A stretch of DNA of 64,000 bases from Vitrella brassicaformis CCMP3155 (taxonomy: Eukaryota > Protista > Chromerida): the NCBI GenBank assembly GCA_001179505.1, contig CDMY01000361.1, forward strand, positions 1 through 64,000. The letters run 5' to 3'. Below the pieces are notes generated by a model. The model saw nothing but the letters and a program-made list of their open reading frames with translations. It was not told where the DNA came from and made no database searches. Positions 24,088 through 35,484 of the stretch are shown piece by piece. Both the position numbers and the translations under genes were made by a program. The stretch's first letter is position 1, and each line of letters begins with the position of its first letter.

Positions 24088-25100
24088 TCACACGTCACGA
24101 TGAACGCTGTGAAGCCCGGGGAGGTCGATGATCAATCGACGCAGCTTAGTAGACGATGCTCAATCGGCTCAAAGATTGGTGGTAAGGAGAAGACATTGGC
24201 CCACCTCTGTGTCATCTGTTCAGTGCTGCTTCTACTTGCATACATCGGTTATTTGCTGCTGAGCTAAGAAGAGCGTTAACGCTATCAGGTGGGCAGACGA
24301 TATGAAGATGGGAGATCCTTTCTCATGTTTCTGCAAATGTGAATTCGTCAGGCGTTGGCAGCTTTCGCACATGAGAGATGTTTCTGTAGCCGCTGCCACC
24401 GGACAAGTGCGTCAGCCCCTCACATCAGTCGACAAGGAGTCCTGTGATTCCTATGCGATTGTGCATCTATGTAGGATAGCAGCGACGGTAGAGTACGCGA
24501 GTGGCAGGTCACCCAGACCGTCCAAAAGCTGCTTGGGGTACTTGTGCCGGAAATTTAAATACTGGATCATAATATGACACACAGGTGCCGATTTTTGGTC
24601 ATCTGATCCGTCGCGCAAGGACCAGCACTTCATGCAGCAAAGGGACCCCTCCACCGACATCCTCCGCCCTAATGGTCCCATGGGCATGGTCTTTACGTGC
24701 ACGTGTGGTGCTTCTGTGTATGTGTGTAGGATCACACGAGGACACAAGGAATCGGACGAGCCATTCCTGGTGTACTCTGTGGATGGCAATAACGACTGGT
24801 GTCGGAATTGAGCGAATCGCCGCAACGAGATAGGGGGCGAGAGGCTTGCTGAACCTGTCCTTAGGATAAATTCATGCACAGACGGGTAGCGTGACGTGTG
24901 TGTCGTCTTGCAGTGATACCCAGCCCTGTCAAAACACGCATAAAAAACTCACTCGTGGCGTTGTCGTTTCGGCCGTGCAGCAATGTCTTGAGCTGGGTAA
25001 GGCGCTCAGCCAGCTCCTCAGTGCCACGGCTGGTCGTGTCGCCAAAGAAGTCCGACGACATGATGGGCGAGGGAGGTGGGGTCTCCCAATGCCATGTCAT
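24088..25100 (-). pseudogene. NB-ARC/STAND P-loop NTPase remnant
   Basis: Motifs appear in order: DFFG..EEL..L; VLTGLGIT-g-KTT (Walker A, restored by one base at about 24910); LLDGLGDLPLAYSTVAAIL (GLPLA); AHLIALTLFLAQQQI; RRLII..LHSVHRDV (MHD-like). The last three lie in one frame interrupted by stops. Confidence 0.62.
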
Positions 25101-25528
25101 GAACAGGGGGCAGTGGGTCCGCGAGGATCCGGGGGCACGTAAAATCGCGTCTATAGCGCCTCCCGGGCGGCAGCAGCCATGGCACAGGAGAGAAGCGCCA
25201 GGAGGGCAACGCGACCAGGACCCATCATGGATGACTCGGATTTCGCGAGGATTGGGGAGGAGACCCAGAGTCACACTCTCTGTCTAGAGACGTTTACGTA
25301 CGCTGTACTAAGGCTTGGGACAAGCGTTACTTTTTCTTTTGCGCAACGACCGTTGCGCGCGTATGTCCCTAGCTTTGCATAAGGGGTGCGTATCCAAGCT
25401 CCTCCGTCAGTCAGAGGTTCACCCTCCATGCAGATGGCCAGTCTGTTGACTCAATCAGTGGACTGGCCACATATGAATAGGACCGCTCGCTGGCCCTCAT
25501 ACTGCAGATCAAGAAACACATACATCCA

Positions 25529-28500
25529 TCATAGTTCCCTCTGCTGCGCTGCGGCCAGCCCCTCCAGTTCCACTATGATGTTGTTGGCTTCATGCCTGAG
25601 CCTCTCGATGAGGCTCCTTCCCTCCTCGACGAGCACCGCGGCACTCTTGGTGACGTAGCCGGGGGTGTTGGGCCTGGCATTGTCCGCAGGGCCGTTGTAG
25701 CGCTGGGAGTTCTGGCGGATCATGTCGAGATCGGCCAGGAACTGGTCGAGTGACGCGTAGTGTTTGTTGGTGCAGTTCTTCTTGATGCGCTCCAGATTGA
25801 AGTGGTCCTTGGGCGCGATGAACTGGTAGTAGTTGGGCGCCTGGTCCCTCGCCTCGTCCACCTCACGCGCAAACATCTGACGGGCACGGGAGAAAGATAC
25901 GAGTGGTTCAAGCATGGCATATGATTGGACGGTCGAGTGTGCGTTGTTCTTGCTGTGGGTGTGCGATCGTCACTCACGGTAATGGGCACGAGCCCCTCAG
26001 CAGGCATGCGGACTTCGGTGTATCTCTTCTCGATGAGCTCAATCAGACCCTTGAGACACACGTTGAAGTGATACAGAGGCAGCTTGTAGTGCTTGCCCTG
26101 CATGTTGCCGCGATCTGTGACAACACAATCAATGTATGTACCAACAAGAGTAATGAGTACAAACGTGTACGCTTTCTGCATATACTTACATATATCGAGC
26201 GGGTCGGCCTCCTTGCGAGATGAGTAGAGCTCCCTCTCGCGTATGAGTAGCATCTGCAGGGCCTGTTCGTCCTTGATGCGGTCGGCCTCCTGCTTGAGAT
26301 TTTGGATCTGGCGAGTGTTGGTGGCGCGGAGGATCTTCTCTTGCAGGGTGGCGCTGTCGGCTGCGGCCTGCAGGAGGGCGCTGTCGGGTTTGACGGGCTT
26401 GGCCTCGAGCTCCAGATCCAGACCCACGGCCTGCTGCCGCTGACGGGCCAACAGACGGAACTGAACACGCACAGACAAGTGTATCGATGAGTGATGTCTT
26501 CCGTCCGTCTGTTCGCATTACCTTGGCTTGCTTGCGTGCGTCCCTTTTGGCCCTCCAGCTGAGGAACGCGGCGATGCGCTCTTCGCCGTAGATGTAGACC
26601 GACTTCTCAGTGAGTTTGTTACCATCGCCCTTGACCCGCTTGGTCCACTTGATGCGCGGGACGTACCGGTAGTGCTGCCCACCAAACGCACCCCCGCCAC
26701 GCGCCTTCTTGAATTCCTCCAGACGCAGCTTCTCAAGCGCCTCGTTGTCAACCTCAGACTCGCCCTGAAGGCATGCGAGAAAAATGAAACTGTAGCTTTG
26801 CTGTGGCATTCCCTTCTTTTCTCTTCTGCTCACGAATTTGCGTTTCCTCGGCTGTTGTGACTCTTTGGCCATGTGAGCCTCGATGCCGCCCTCCAAGTCA
26901 GCCAGCAGGTCATCCTGGTCGTCCATATCCTCATCGTTGGCCGGACCAGCCCCCAGCGCACCCATGCCGCCTCCTGCTGCTGCCGCTGCAGCTGGTGCGG
27001 GTCCGTCGAAGGGGAAGGCCTTGCCTTTGCCCTTGCCGGACCCCACGCCGCCCGCCATGGCGCCTGCGGTGCCGCCCTCCAGGTCCATGGCTCGCCGCTG
27101 GGGGGGCATTGGGTGGTCAGGTGCTTCCTCCTCCTCTTCGCTGTCTGGTGGGTTGTGGTGTGAGAGGGCGAACTCCTGGTTGTGGAAGATCTCCTGCAGA
27201 CGCTTCAGGTAGTGGTGACGCGACTCGCCCTTCTTGCTGTCGTCGCGACTCCGCAACTGGTGGCCATACAGAGGCATACGCAGACTGACATTCATGTCTT
27301 TATGTGGGTGGTGGTTGTTACCAGGCTGACGAGGTCCCATCGCTTGAGGGTCTTGACCCTCTCCCACTCGTATCCGTATCGCATCAGTCGGCGCCGCAGG
27401 TCTGGTTCCTTGAGCCTGCGGTAGTCCTCGGTCACCCTCTTGCTGTCCTTGGTCTCCTTGTCCTCCTTCTTCTTGCTCTTGCGCTTCAGGAAACTCAGAC
27501 CCTCACCGCGACCTGCTGACGGCTCACCCGGACCATTGAGCACAAACTGAAACGACTCGTGCGTCTTGCCAGCCTGACGACGCAACACGAGATAATCCAC
27601 GGACGCTACCGCAAATGTGCATGTGTGCCACGTCTGCTTCCTTCTCACCTTGGTTCTCCTGACGTCTTCACAGACAACGTGGTAGTTCTCAGCCAGGTTC
27701 CACGGCGAGATGGCAAGCGTCTCCTCCACATAAGTGATGAGCTGAGTGAAGTCCTCGCGCGCAGTCACAGACAGCGACGAACGGGAGTGGCCCTCGTAGT
27801 TGCGCAAGCTCACGGGGGGCAGCGGCCGCATCCCGCCGTCATCCTCCCCCTCCTGCCGTGTGGTGCTGCTGTACTTGCGCATGGCCTCCAGCATAGCCCG
27901 TGCTGCGTCCTGCCCCCCGGGTTCGAGCGCCCGGTCACGTGCGAGGGCGTTGGCCTTCTCGGTGCGCTCGACATGGGTCAGGAACAGCTTGATCATGCGG
28001 AACACGTGGGGCTGCAGAGGGGCAAGGAAAGGGATGCAAATGTGACTAGCCATCGAAGGGGGTAGGGAGGGGGCTGTTGTCACGTGTTACCATTTCGTAA
28101 GCAGGTATGCGTTTCAGGCCAGCATCCAGGAGCCGCTTCACACCGACCTCGGCACTCTCAAATGCACACACCTGCATAGCGCATTGAGAACATACGATGG
28201 TCTGTCCAGTCGATTCGCGTGCTATGGCTGACCTCCATAGGGTTGAGCAGTCTCCTGAGGGCGAGTTCCCTGGTGTCTAGGTTCTCGACATCGCCCCTCT
28301 CGTTGATGATGAAGTCCCTGAGTGGCTTGGGCAGCCACTTGGCGTCCTCCATGAGCAGCACCTGGCGCAGCTTGTCCAGCGGCATGTGAGACAGGTGACG
28401 ATCCACCCTGAACTTGCGCTCGATCTTCTTGCGCCACTCGTCTTCCTCGCTCTGAGGACGCTCCTGTATGTGGAAACGAGCACTGACCACACACGGACAG

Positions 28501-31500
28501 ACGGACAGACAGAAGGACCCAGGCAGAGAGTTGAAGACGCGTCTATGCAGGGTATCGTGTTGTGCGTCTGTGCGCTGACCGCTGGTAGTAGGCGAGCATG
28601 CGTTTGAGGTTGTAGACGGGCGGTGGGTCCTTGCCGGGCGGGGCTGGTGCACTGACGGCCGCCATGGGCTCACACTGCCCCACCGTGTACACGGCACACG
28701 ACATGGGAGCGGTCTTGCCGTCACCACCCACACCGGTGAGCGGGCGTATCATGAACTGCACGTTGCAGAGGGGCAGCTCGTCCTCGTACTTCTGCTTCTT
28801 CTTGGGCCGGTGCTCGTCGTCTGGACTGCGGTAGACGGACAGAGGTTTGGCCTCGGTGTTTTTGAAGTTGGATATGAGGAGGAAGTGATTGGAGAGTGGT
28901 GGCGACTTGGGGTGTGTGGCCTTGTGGCACCAGACGGGCCCCTTGAAGACGCCCTCGGCGATGGAGAGGGCGTGGTGGGGCTTGGCGCGGATCTGGTGCT
29001 CCAACAGGGGGTACTTGGGCTCTTTGACGTTGAAGGAATGCACCTGGCCATATGGACCCAGACGGGCCTGCTGCTCGGGAGATATCTCACCCCTGCCAAC
29101 AGACAGACAGACAGGACATACAACCAGACGCACTAGTGGAGGAGGTGCCCGCGTGGGGGCCCCGCTGTAAAGTACCATTGGTATTTGGTGATTCGTATGC
29201 CCATGCCGAATCCGCTGAGCAGGAGGGGATGCTGCTCAATGAACTCCAATACCGCCATGGGCATCGTGTCACTGCACAGACACACATTGTGCAGGTATCC
29301 ATCCATCTATCTGCCTTGAGTGTAAGCGGACGTCCACCTCATTGAGAGGCCAGTGAAGTCCATGAATGGGTCTGTCTCGGGCACCTCATCTGCCCCTTCA
29401 CCCACCACTGGCGGGGGAGGAACGGCACAACTGCACAGCCGAGAACACAAACGGACACAGATATGTCGCAGTACGGCACACGTGGACTTCGTGAGAGCAT
29501 CGCTGACTTGATATCGAACGGCGGCGCCTGGGGGTACTTTTTCATGTATGAGTGCAACAGCGCGGCCACGGCCCTGAAGTCTGGCCGATGCCACCAGGCG
29601 AGGTCCTTGAGCTGCCACACGAGCCGTGTGCCCTCTCCCCGCCACCCGTTCATGGTGTGCATGGCCAGGCCACCCTCGGGGCCCTCCATGATGCCCAGCC
29701 CGCCGTCGAGCCTGTCGCGGAACAGTTGTGTTCGCGCCTCGTAGAAGGTGTCGTGCGACACATGTGGGTGGTAGGGGGCGGGCATGGAGGCCAACTCCTC
29801 CTGAAGGGCGTCTAACACAGCCAGGTGGAACTCCTCGGGGGCGGGTGCGTCCAGGGGAAGGTCCTCCACCTGACGGATCGATGGATGGACACATAGGACA
29901 AGAGAGAAATCATAGGCCCTTGCTTGTATCAGGGTTTCCCGTCCGTTGCCTCGCCTGATTGAGCGCCTCAGCGTTGGGCATCCCATTCAGAGCCGACAGC
30001 TGACAGCGGGCACGGATGTGACCTGGCATGCCAGTGGGCGACTGAACACGGACAGCAATGGGCAGGCTTGTCGTGTGCACATCCCTTGGGTCCGGTGCGT
30101 CTCACCCGTTCATCCTGGTCCTCTTGCTGTTGTTGCTGTGCCTCTCGTTTCTTCTCCTCCCGCAACTTCATCCGGAAGTCGTGTCGCGCCTTGCTCCAGC
30201 TCCATATCTCGTACCAGTCGCGATAGGTCGGCTCGTCGTGCCAACTCTGATCATCCATCCAAGGCGAACAGCGACACGGACACAGATGCATCCACGTGAT
30301 GTCCTGATTGTGGGTTTCTTTATCCGCTCCCCTTGGTTACGTCTTTGTGGTCTTTGGTTGGCGGACCGTGATCGAGCCAGCTGACACGGAAGGGGAAGAT
30401 CTTCCCGAGACCCTCTGCCAACGGGCGACAAGTACATCGATATGTGTCGAGTAATGACATCACCTTCAGAAAGCCATACCTCTCAGCAGTGCCGCTCGTC
30501 GCTGCTCCTCCTCACTCATGCGCTCAACCTCCTCATACCTGGCAAAGGAACATCATGATGCCACTCGTGACATGCGAAAGACCCATCAAGTGCCTGAGAC
30601 GATGGCCATTGCGCCGCCCACCTCCTCTCGAAGGCCTCGTCAGCCAGCCGACTCCTCTTGCTTCTTGGCGACATGGCATCCGCAGCAGCTTTCTTGACCT
30701 CAGCCTTGGCCTCCTCCTCGCCCGCATCCGCATCCGCATCCACATCCACATCCATGTCACCAGCACCCTCTCCCTCACCTCTGCCTCGCTGCTCATCAGC
30801 ATCCTGATGCCCGTCCTGACCTTCTGGCTCCTGTTTGCCGGCTGCTGATGTGGCCTCGTTGTCGGACGATGACTTAGGAGTTTGAGGGGCCTTGGGAGGG
30901 AGGGCTGCACGAACGGCGGGAGGGACAGATGATGTTGCGTTAGCTTCGCCCCAGAGGTCGGCCATTGGCGAGCGGGAGGCGTCAGCAGTGATGGAAAGGG
31001 CTTGAGTAAGGTCCTGCAAGGACAAAAGGAAACAGGGACACGAACATCGGTGCCCAGGCGCACGCTCATAGAGCAATGTATAGAGCTGTCATGTACGTAT
31101 CGTTCAGCCAGACAATCGAGCATGTCGATCAGCGCCATTAGGGCGATAATCAGATGCAAATTACCCTTTCTCTTTGTATCATCATAACTACCCACATCTA
31201 CACGGCCCACATATCTCCCCCTCCCTTACCGGTGCAGGAGCCAGGTTGGGTATCCTCTGTGCTGCATTGCTCATCTCGTTCTGTGTCCTTCGCGAGTCGA
31301 TGCTTCTGGCGTCGTCTTCGTCATCTCGTGCTATCGACGACACGTCGTCACGCACACGGGGAGTCTCTGCAGGAACGAACAGATGTATGTACTTGTAATA
31401 TGGTTTAGACCTCTGAATGCTCCTGAGGCAGACCTGATGCCTCGATGACGTCTTCGAGCCGCAGCTGATCATCGTCGCCACGGGGGGAGGGACCTCCAGA

Positions 31501-31944
31501 CGATGACTGACAATGGATGAATTCACAACACACGGGGCGAAGCTCATCTACCGAACCGCATTTCTACGCAGCTACCTTCCGCGAGATCTGACGTCGAAGG
31601 GATCTGTGGGGACTCTCTGCATGAACAGCAGGCACACAACCATTTAGCGTCCATTTCATGCTTCGGCCTGCCTGCGTACCCGTCCTCTGCGATCTGTGTC
31701 GTCGAGGGATCACTCGGTGGACGGCGGCGTCAGGAGCTGCTGGTGTACCACCATGGTAACTGTACCGACCTATGACAGACGAAGCCGAGCGCTGCCAAGG
31801 CCCAAAACATGCACGTTCTGTCCTGCACTCACTTCTCGGCCTTGGTTTCGCCACCCGTATCTGCCAGGGATGCGTGAGTTGTAGCGGAGCCTGACGCAGT
31901 AGCTCCAGATAGGATAGCCCTGCCTCTCTCTCATTCATCTTCAT
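25529..31944 (-). CDS. TAF1: TFIID subunit 1 (TAF1) with a DUF3591-type core and one C-terminal bromodomain (start uncertain: 31944 or 31547)
   Basis: EFIEQHPLLLSGFGMGIRITKY; FKGPVWCHK..HFLLIS; YTVGQCEP; SPWNLAENY; GEPSAGRGEGLSFLK; DYRRLKEPDLRRRLMRYG..LKRWDLV; bromodomain APNYYQFI..LERIKKN..YASLDQFLADLDMIRQNSQRYNG. Confidence 0.9.
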
Positions 31945-32152
31945 TCTTTTGTGTGTTCAGTGTCGCCCTAACTGTCGCGTGAAACACAACTCGCGTGGAA
32001 ATGGATTTACTTCGCGGCCTCTCTTTCCTAGTCAGCTGTCGAGGCAAGATGACAACAGCAGACGAAGGAGAAGTCAACAACACCATCGATGACATATGTG
32101 GTTGCATACGTCGTTGTGCTTCTCGTGATCCCGGCAGTCAACTGATGAGATT

Positions 32153-32970
32153 ATGAAGAGGAGGACAGCCGCGGTATGTCTCGGAGGACTGGCGGTGGCC
32201 ACGGCCTCCTGGTGCTGGCTGGCCATCTTTGAGCCGGCGCTGCTCACGAGGATGCGGAGAGGCGTCTGGGTGGTCTACCTCCTCCCCTTCGGGCCTCGCC
32301 ACATCTGGGATAGCCTGCATGCAAGCGCTACGAACGAAGGCGGCCTGTGGCACTACGAAAAGAATGTTCACCGCGAGTTTGATGATTACATCTCGAAGAC
32401 CCATCAAGACTTTCGCTCTTTGTGGGACACTTCATGCAATACGGGTTTTCTGCTCACCTGTCTGGCCCAGAAATATCCAGAGGCGAGGCACTACGGCAGC
32501 GACATCAGCCCCCTGATGGTAACAAAAGCCATCACGATGCATGTGTCAATAGTGTTTCTTACCGTCAGGTCAACGTCACGAAGAGGCGGTGTGATAGCCG
32601 CTGCATCGTCGCTCCATTCGACCTTTTCTCCATGCAAGATCCCGATTCCCGTCTGCCAAGGGGGTTCCCACCCGCGTTCGACCTGGTCATCGTGTCTGAC
32701 GTCCTTTTTTACGGCAACTGGGGTGGCCTCCCTCCGTTGGTCTGGCAATATAGCCTTCTCCCCAGCTGGCTTGTCGCTTCGCGACGAAGAGCCTTCTGGA
32801 ATCGTCTCACACATCTGGCTTGCTCTGAGGTACTCCTGTCAAACCATCAGAAGAATCGAGCTGTACTGCGTCTGATGGTGGCCATGGGCGCCACTCCCGT
32901 GCTGCCCGACAAGCTGATATGGACAGCAAAAGGGACTGCCGCACACGAGGCTTGCAATGGAAGAGTCTGA
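32153..32970 (+). CDS. class I SAM-dependent methyltransferase with an N-terminal signal anchor (2 exons)
   Basis: Starts MKRRTAAVCLGGLAVATASWCWLAIF. Contains LWDTSCNTGFLL (motif I), HYGSDISPLM (motif II) and FDLVIVSDVLFY. One GT-AG intron of about 50 nt (about 32518-32568) joins the two ORFs in frame. Confidence 0.75.
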
Positions 32971-33050
32971 ATCAGGCCGCTTTTATGACCACATATAGGG
33001 TCAGAACAAACAAGGCGTGAAATGGACGATACACTCTGTGTCAGCGTTCC

Positions 33051-33985
33051 CTACCGAGACAGGTAAACATCCGACGCACACAAAGTCCATGCATATGTGA
33101 GGTGTACAGACACACACACGACGATATGCGAGGAGTGGACGGTGTGGAGGAAGAAAGGAGTGTGCGGACAGAATCGGACCTTTGTGTAAACAATGATCCG
33201 TGTGGTACTTCTGATGCCCTTGTGGATGTTGTCAAGGATTCATGTAATAAAACCTACTCTGATATCATCAGATCAGGACGATAGTGGCAAAATACTCATC
33301 AGATCAGACCATGGCGGGACGCCGAACTTTTGCCGAAAATCATCATCCCCGTAGCGAATGTGGCAGGCAAGAATCTCCCTGTCGGGACCCCACAAAGGCA
33401 CGAGCTTCAGCAGTTCAATTGCCGCACCCGTCACCCAGCTTCGAAAGGGCAACGCGAGCTCGGTTGGATAATAGACATCGAGCTTGCCTCTGATGCTGAA
33501 CTTGGCAGACACTCCCAAGACATCGTCGTCTCGTGTCCACAGCTCTCGAACCTGCTTGTCGGAGCTGACGATGGTGGGCTTTGGGATATAGTGCCACAGA
33601 GGCTGCTCGTCGGGCTCTGTTGTCATGGGAACGCCGATCAGATCTCGTGTCTCCAGCCGTTTCTGCACTGCCTTGCAGTCTCTGCAGAACAAACGAGCAT
33701 GAAACCTGAGAAGTAAATCCAGGTCAATCCAAAAATGAGAAGCCAGGTCGCCAACGTTGTTGCGCGGAGGGCACAGTCCTTCCAGAATCGCTCATGGCCA
33801 TACTTCAGAGGGAAGGCGGTGGTCTTGCCGTCGAGCCTTCCTTGAAGCTGTGGATCAACGATTGATTCAAATGCACAAGGCCCTGCTGTGCATGCTACTG
33901 AGGTCCAGGAGGAGTTCTCGTCCGGTGAAAGGGAGGTGCTTGGTACGGCGCGCCCGACGGAGAGCATATTCATAAGCATCACCAT
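33051..33985 (-). pseudogene. possible decayed secreted glycosyltransferase (fucosyltransferase-like HxRxGD motif)
   Basis: Hydrophobic N-terminus, one plausible in-frame intron, then ILACHIRYGDD. The frame continues past two TGA stops (SS*SDDIRVGFIT*ILDNIHKG..RIIVYT). The family call rests on one short motif. Confidence 0.3.
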
Positions 33986-34135
33986 CAGAATTATCCGATC
34001 AGGAATTAGCAAAGATCCACAAGTCACTATTGTCCAAGCAAGCCCGATTGCTTGCACCGATTGATGAGTGTTGCACACGTGACTCCGCCCGCTTCTTTCC
34101 CTCGATCCGCGGTCAACACTCAGTCCACCAAATGT

Positions 34136-35062
34136 TCACCTGCTGAACACCCTCACTTCAGCTTGTGTGAGGTGATCCAATGAGCGGTGCTGATGACACG
34201 AGATGCCAACGAATGCAGTCTGCGCGATCTGCAGCACATCGCCGTGCGCCACCAAGATCACCACTGAGCCAGGAAGGCAATCAGGATAAGAGTGCCCGTG
34301 GTGGACCACCTCCACCTTGCCGCCCGAACACTTCATCACCCTCTCCACAGTCACTGCATCACCATCAGCAGGGCTGCTGTCGTCGCGACTCGACTCGCCC
34401 TCGATGCACTTGATCAACCGCATCACTCTGCTAAGCACCTCTTCACATGACTCACAACCCCACTTGCGGTGAGAGGCGCTCTTGGCATCCGCCTCCCATA
34501 CCCGCTCATACATTTTGGTCGACTGGCCGTTCAAACGGCCGAAATTGCGCTCTCTCAGCCGTGAGTCGAGGATGAACCACATCTCCAGCTCGGTGCCCCG
34601 CTCTACTTCATCCTCCTTCAGAGCCCTCTCTAAGCCGCAGACGATGGCCTCCGCCGTCTCCGACGCCCGGCGGAAGGGCGAAGAGACGACCATGACTCGC
34701 CGTGGCTTGGGAGTCATCCCCATGACGGCCTCTGCCAGATCTTTGGCTGCCGCGTGAGCTTGGTGCTCGCCAAGGGGGGACAGGCCATGTTGAGCAGTGG
34801 CCACTGAAGGGTCACTTGAAATGATGCCAAGCACGTTAGCCTCGGACTCGCCGTGACGGACGGCGATGTAGAGTTCCTGCAAGGAAGCAGGTTCGACTCC
34901 GCCTTTTCGTGTGCTCCTCGGCTTCCTGCGGAATAGAAAGGCCCTATGTCGGTTGACTGCCCGCGGCAGAGGAATAGTGTGATGACTGCCCGCGGCAGGT
35001 AGGGCCATCCACCAGGGGGAGATGGCTCCGAATGACACCAAAGAGATGAGCATCTTCATCAA
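34136..35062 (-). CDS. histidine phosphatase (phosphoglycerate mutase family), intronless, with a signal peptide and basic leader
   Basis: 308-aa ORF with VRHGESEAN, SSPFRRASET, LRERNFG and VAHGDVLQI. N-terminus is MMKMLISLVSFGAISPWWMALPAAG followed by an R/K-rich stretch. Confidence 0.9.
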   Translation of the reverse strand: MMKMLISLVSFGAISPWWMALPAAGSHHTIPLPRAVNRHRAFLFRRKPRSTRKGGVEPASLQELYIAVRHGESEANVLGIISSDPSVATAQHGLSPLGEHQAHAAAKDLAEAVMGMTPKPRRVMVVSSPFRRASETAEAIVCGLERALKEDEVERGTELEMWFILDSRLRERNFGRLNGQSTKMYERVWEADAKSASHRKWGCESCEEVLSRVMRLIKCIEGESSRDDSSPADGDAVTVERVMKCSGGKVEVVHHGHSYPDCLPGSVVILVAHGDVLQIAQTAFVGISCHQHRSLDHLTQAEVRVFSR

Positions 35063-35484
35063 TGCGAGAGCGGTAGTGGTTGTCTGTCTTGTGTTCTGCT
35101 CAGTAGGTCAGATCAACACAGGTCAGGTCGACTCAGGCGGGGCCTCGAGTGCTTGAATGGATGAGCGAAAAGCAACCTGCCAATTGCAACCTGCCACACC
35201 ACACCAGCAGAGCGCCAAAAACGCATATGATCCACTCCATCCACTCCCTTCCCGAAAACGCCCAGGAGGCGCGATCCACGAGAGGCAAGGCAGAAGAAAA
35301 AAAATGTGCAATGGAATCGTGAATGCCGCTTCCCTGATGAAAGGATAGATTGTTGGTACGTCGGCTATGTTGTTTGAGCGTCACGATCGGACGGTGGCTG
35401 TGCCTTCCCGTCGGCGCGGCAGAGAACTTCCCCACTCATGGGCTGTGCACCACCACAACGACGCGTAAGCACAGATATGACGAG

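Noticed and set aside
22486-24460. Stop-codon recoding (TGA readthrough or selenocysteine) explaining the in-frame stops
   Set aside because: TAG and TAA stops also occur, the P-loop is frameshifted, and neighbouring genes end normally with TGA, TAG and TAA.
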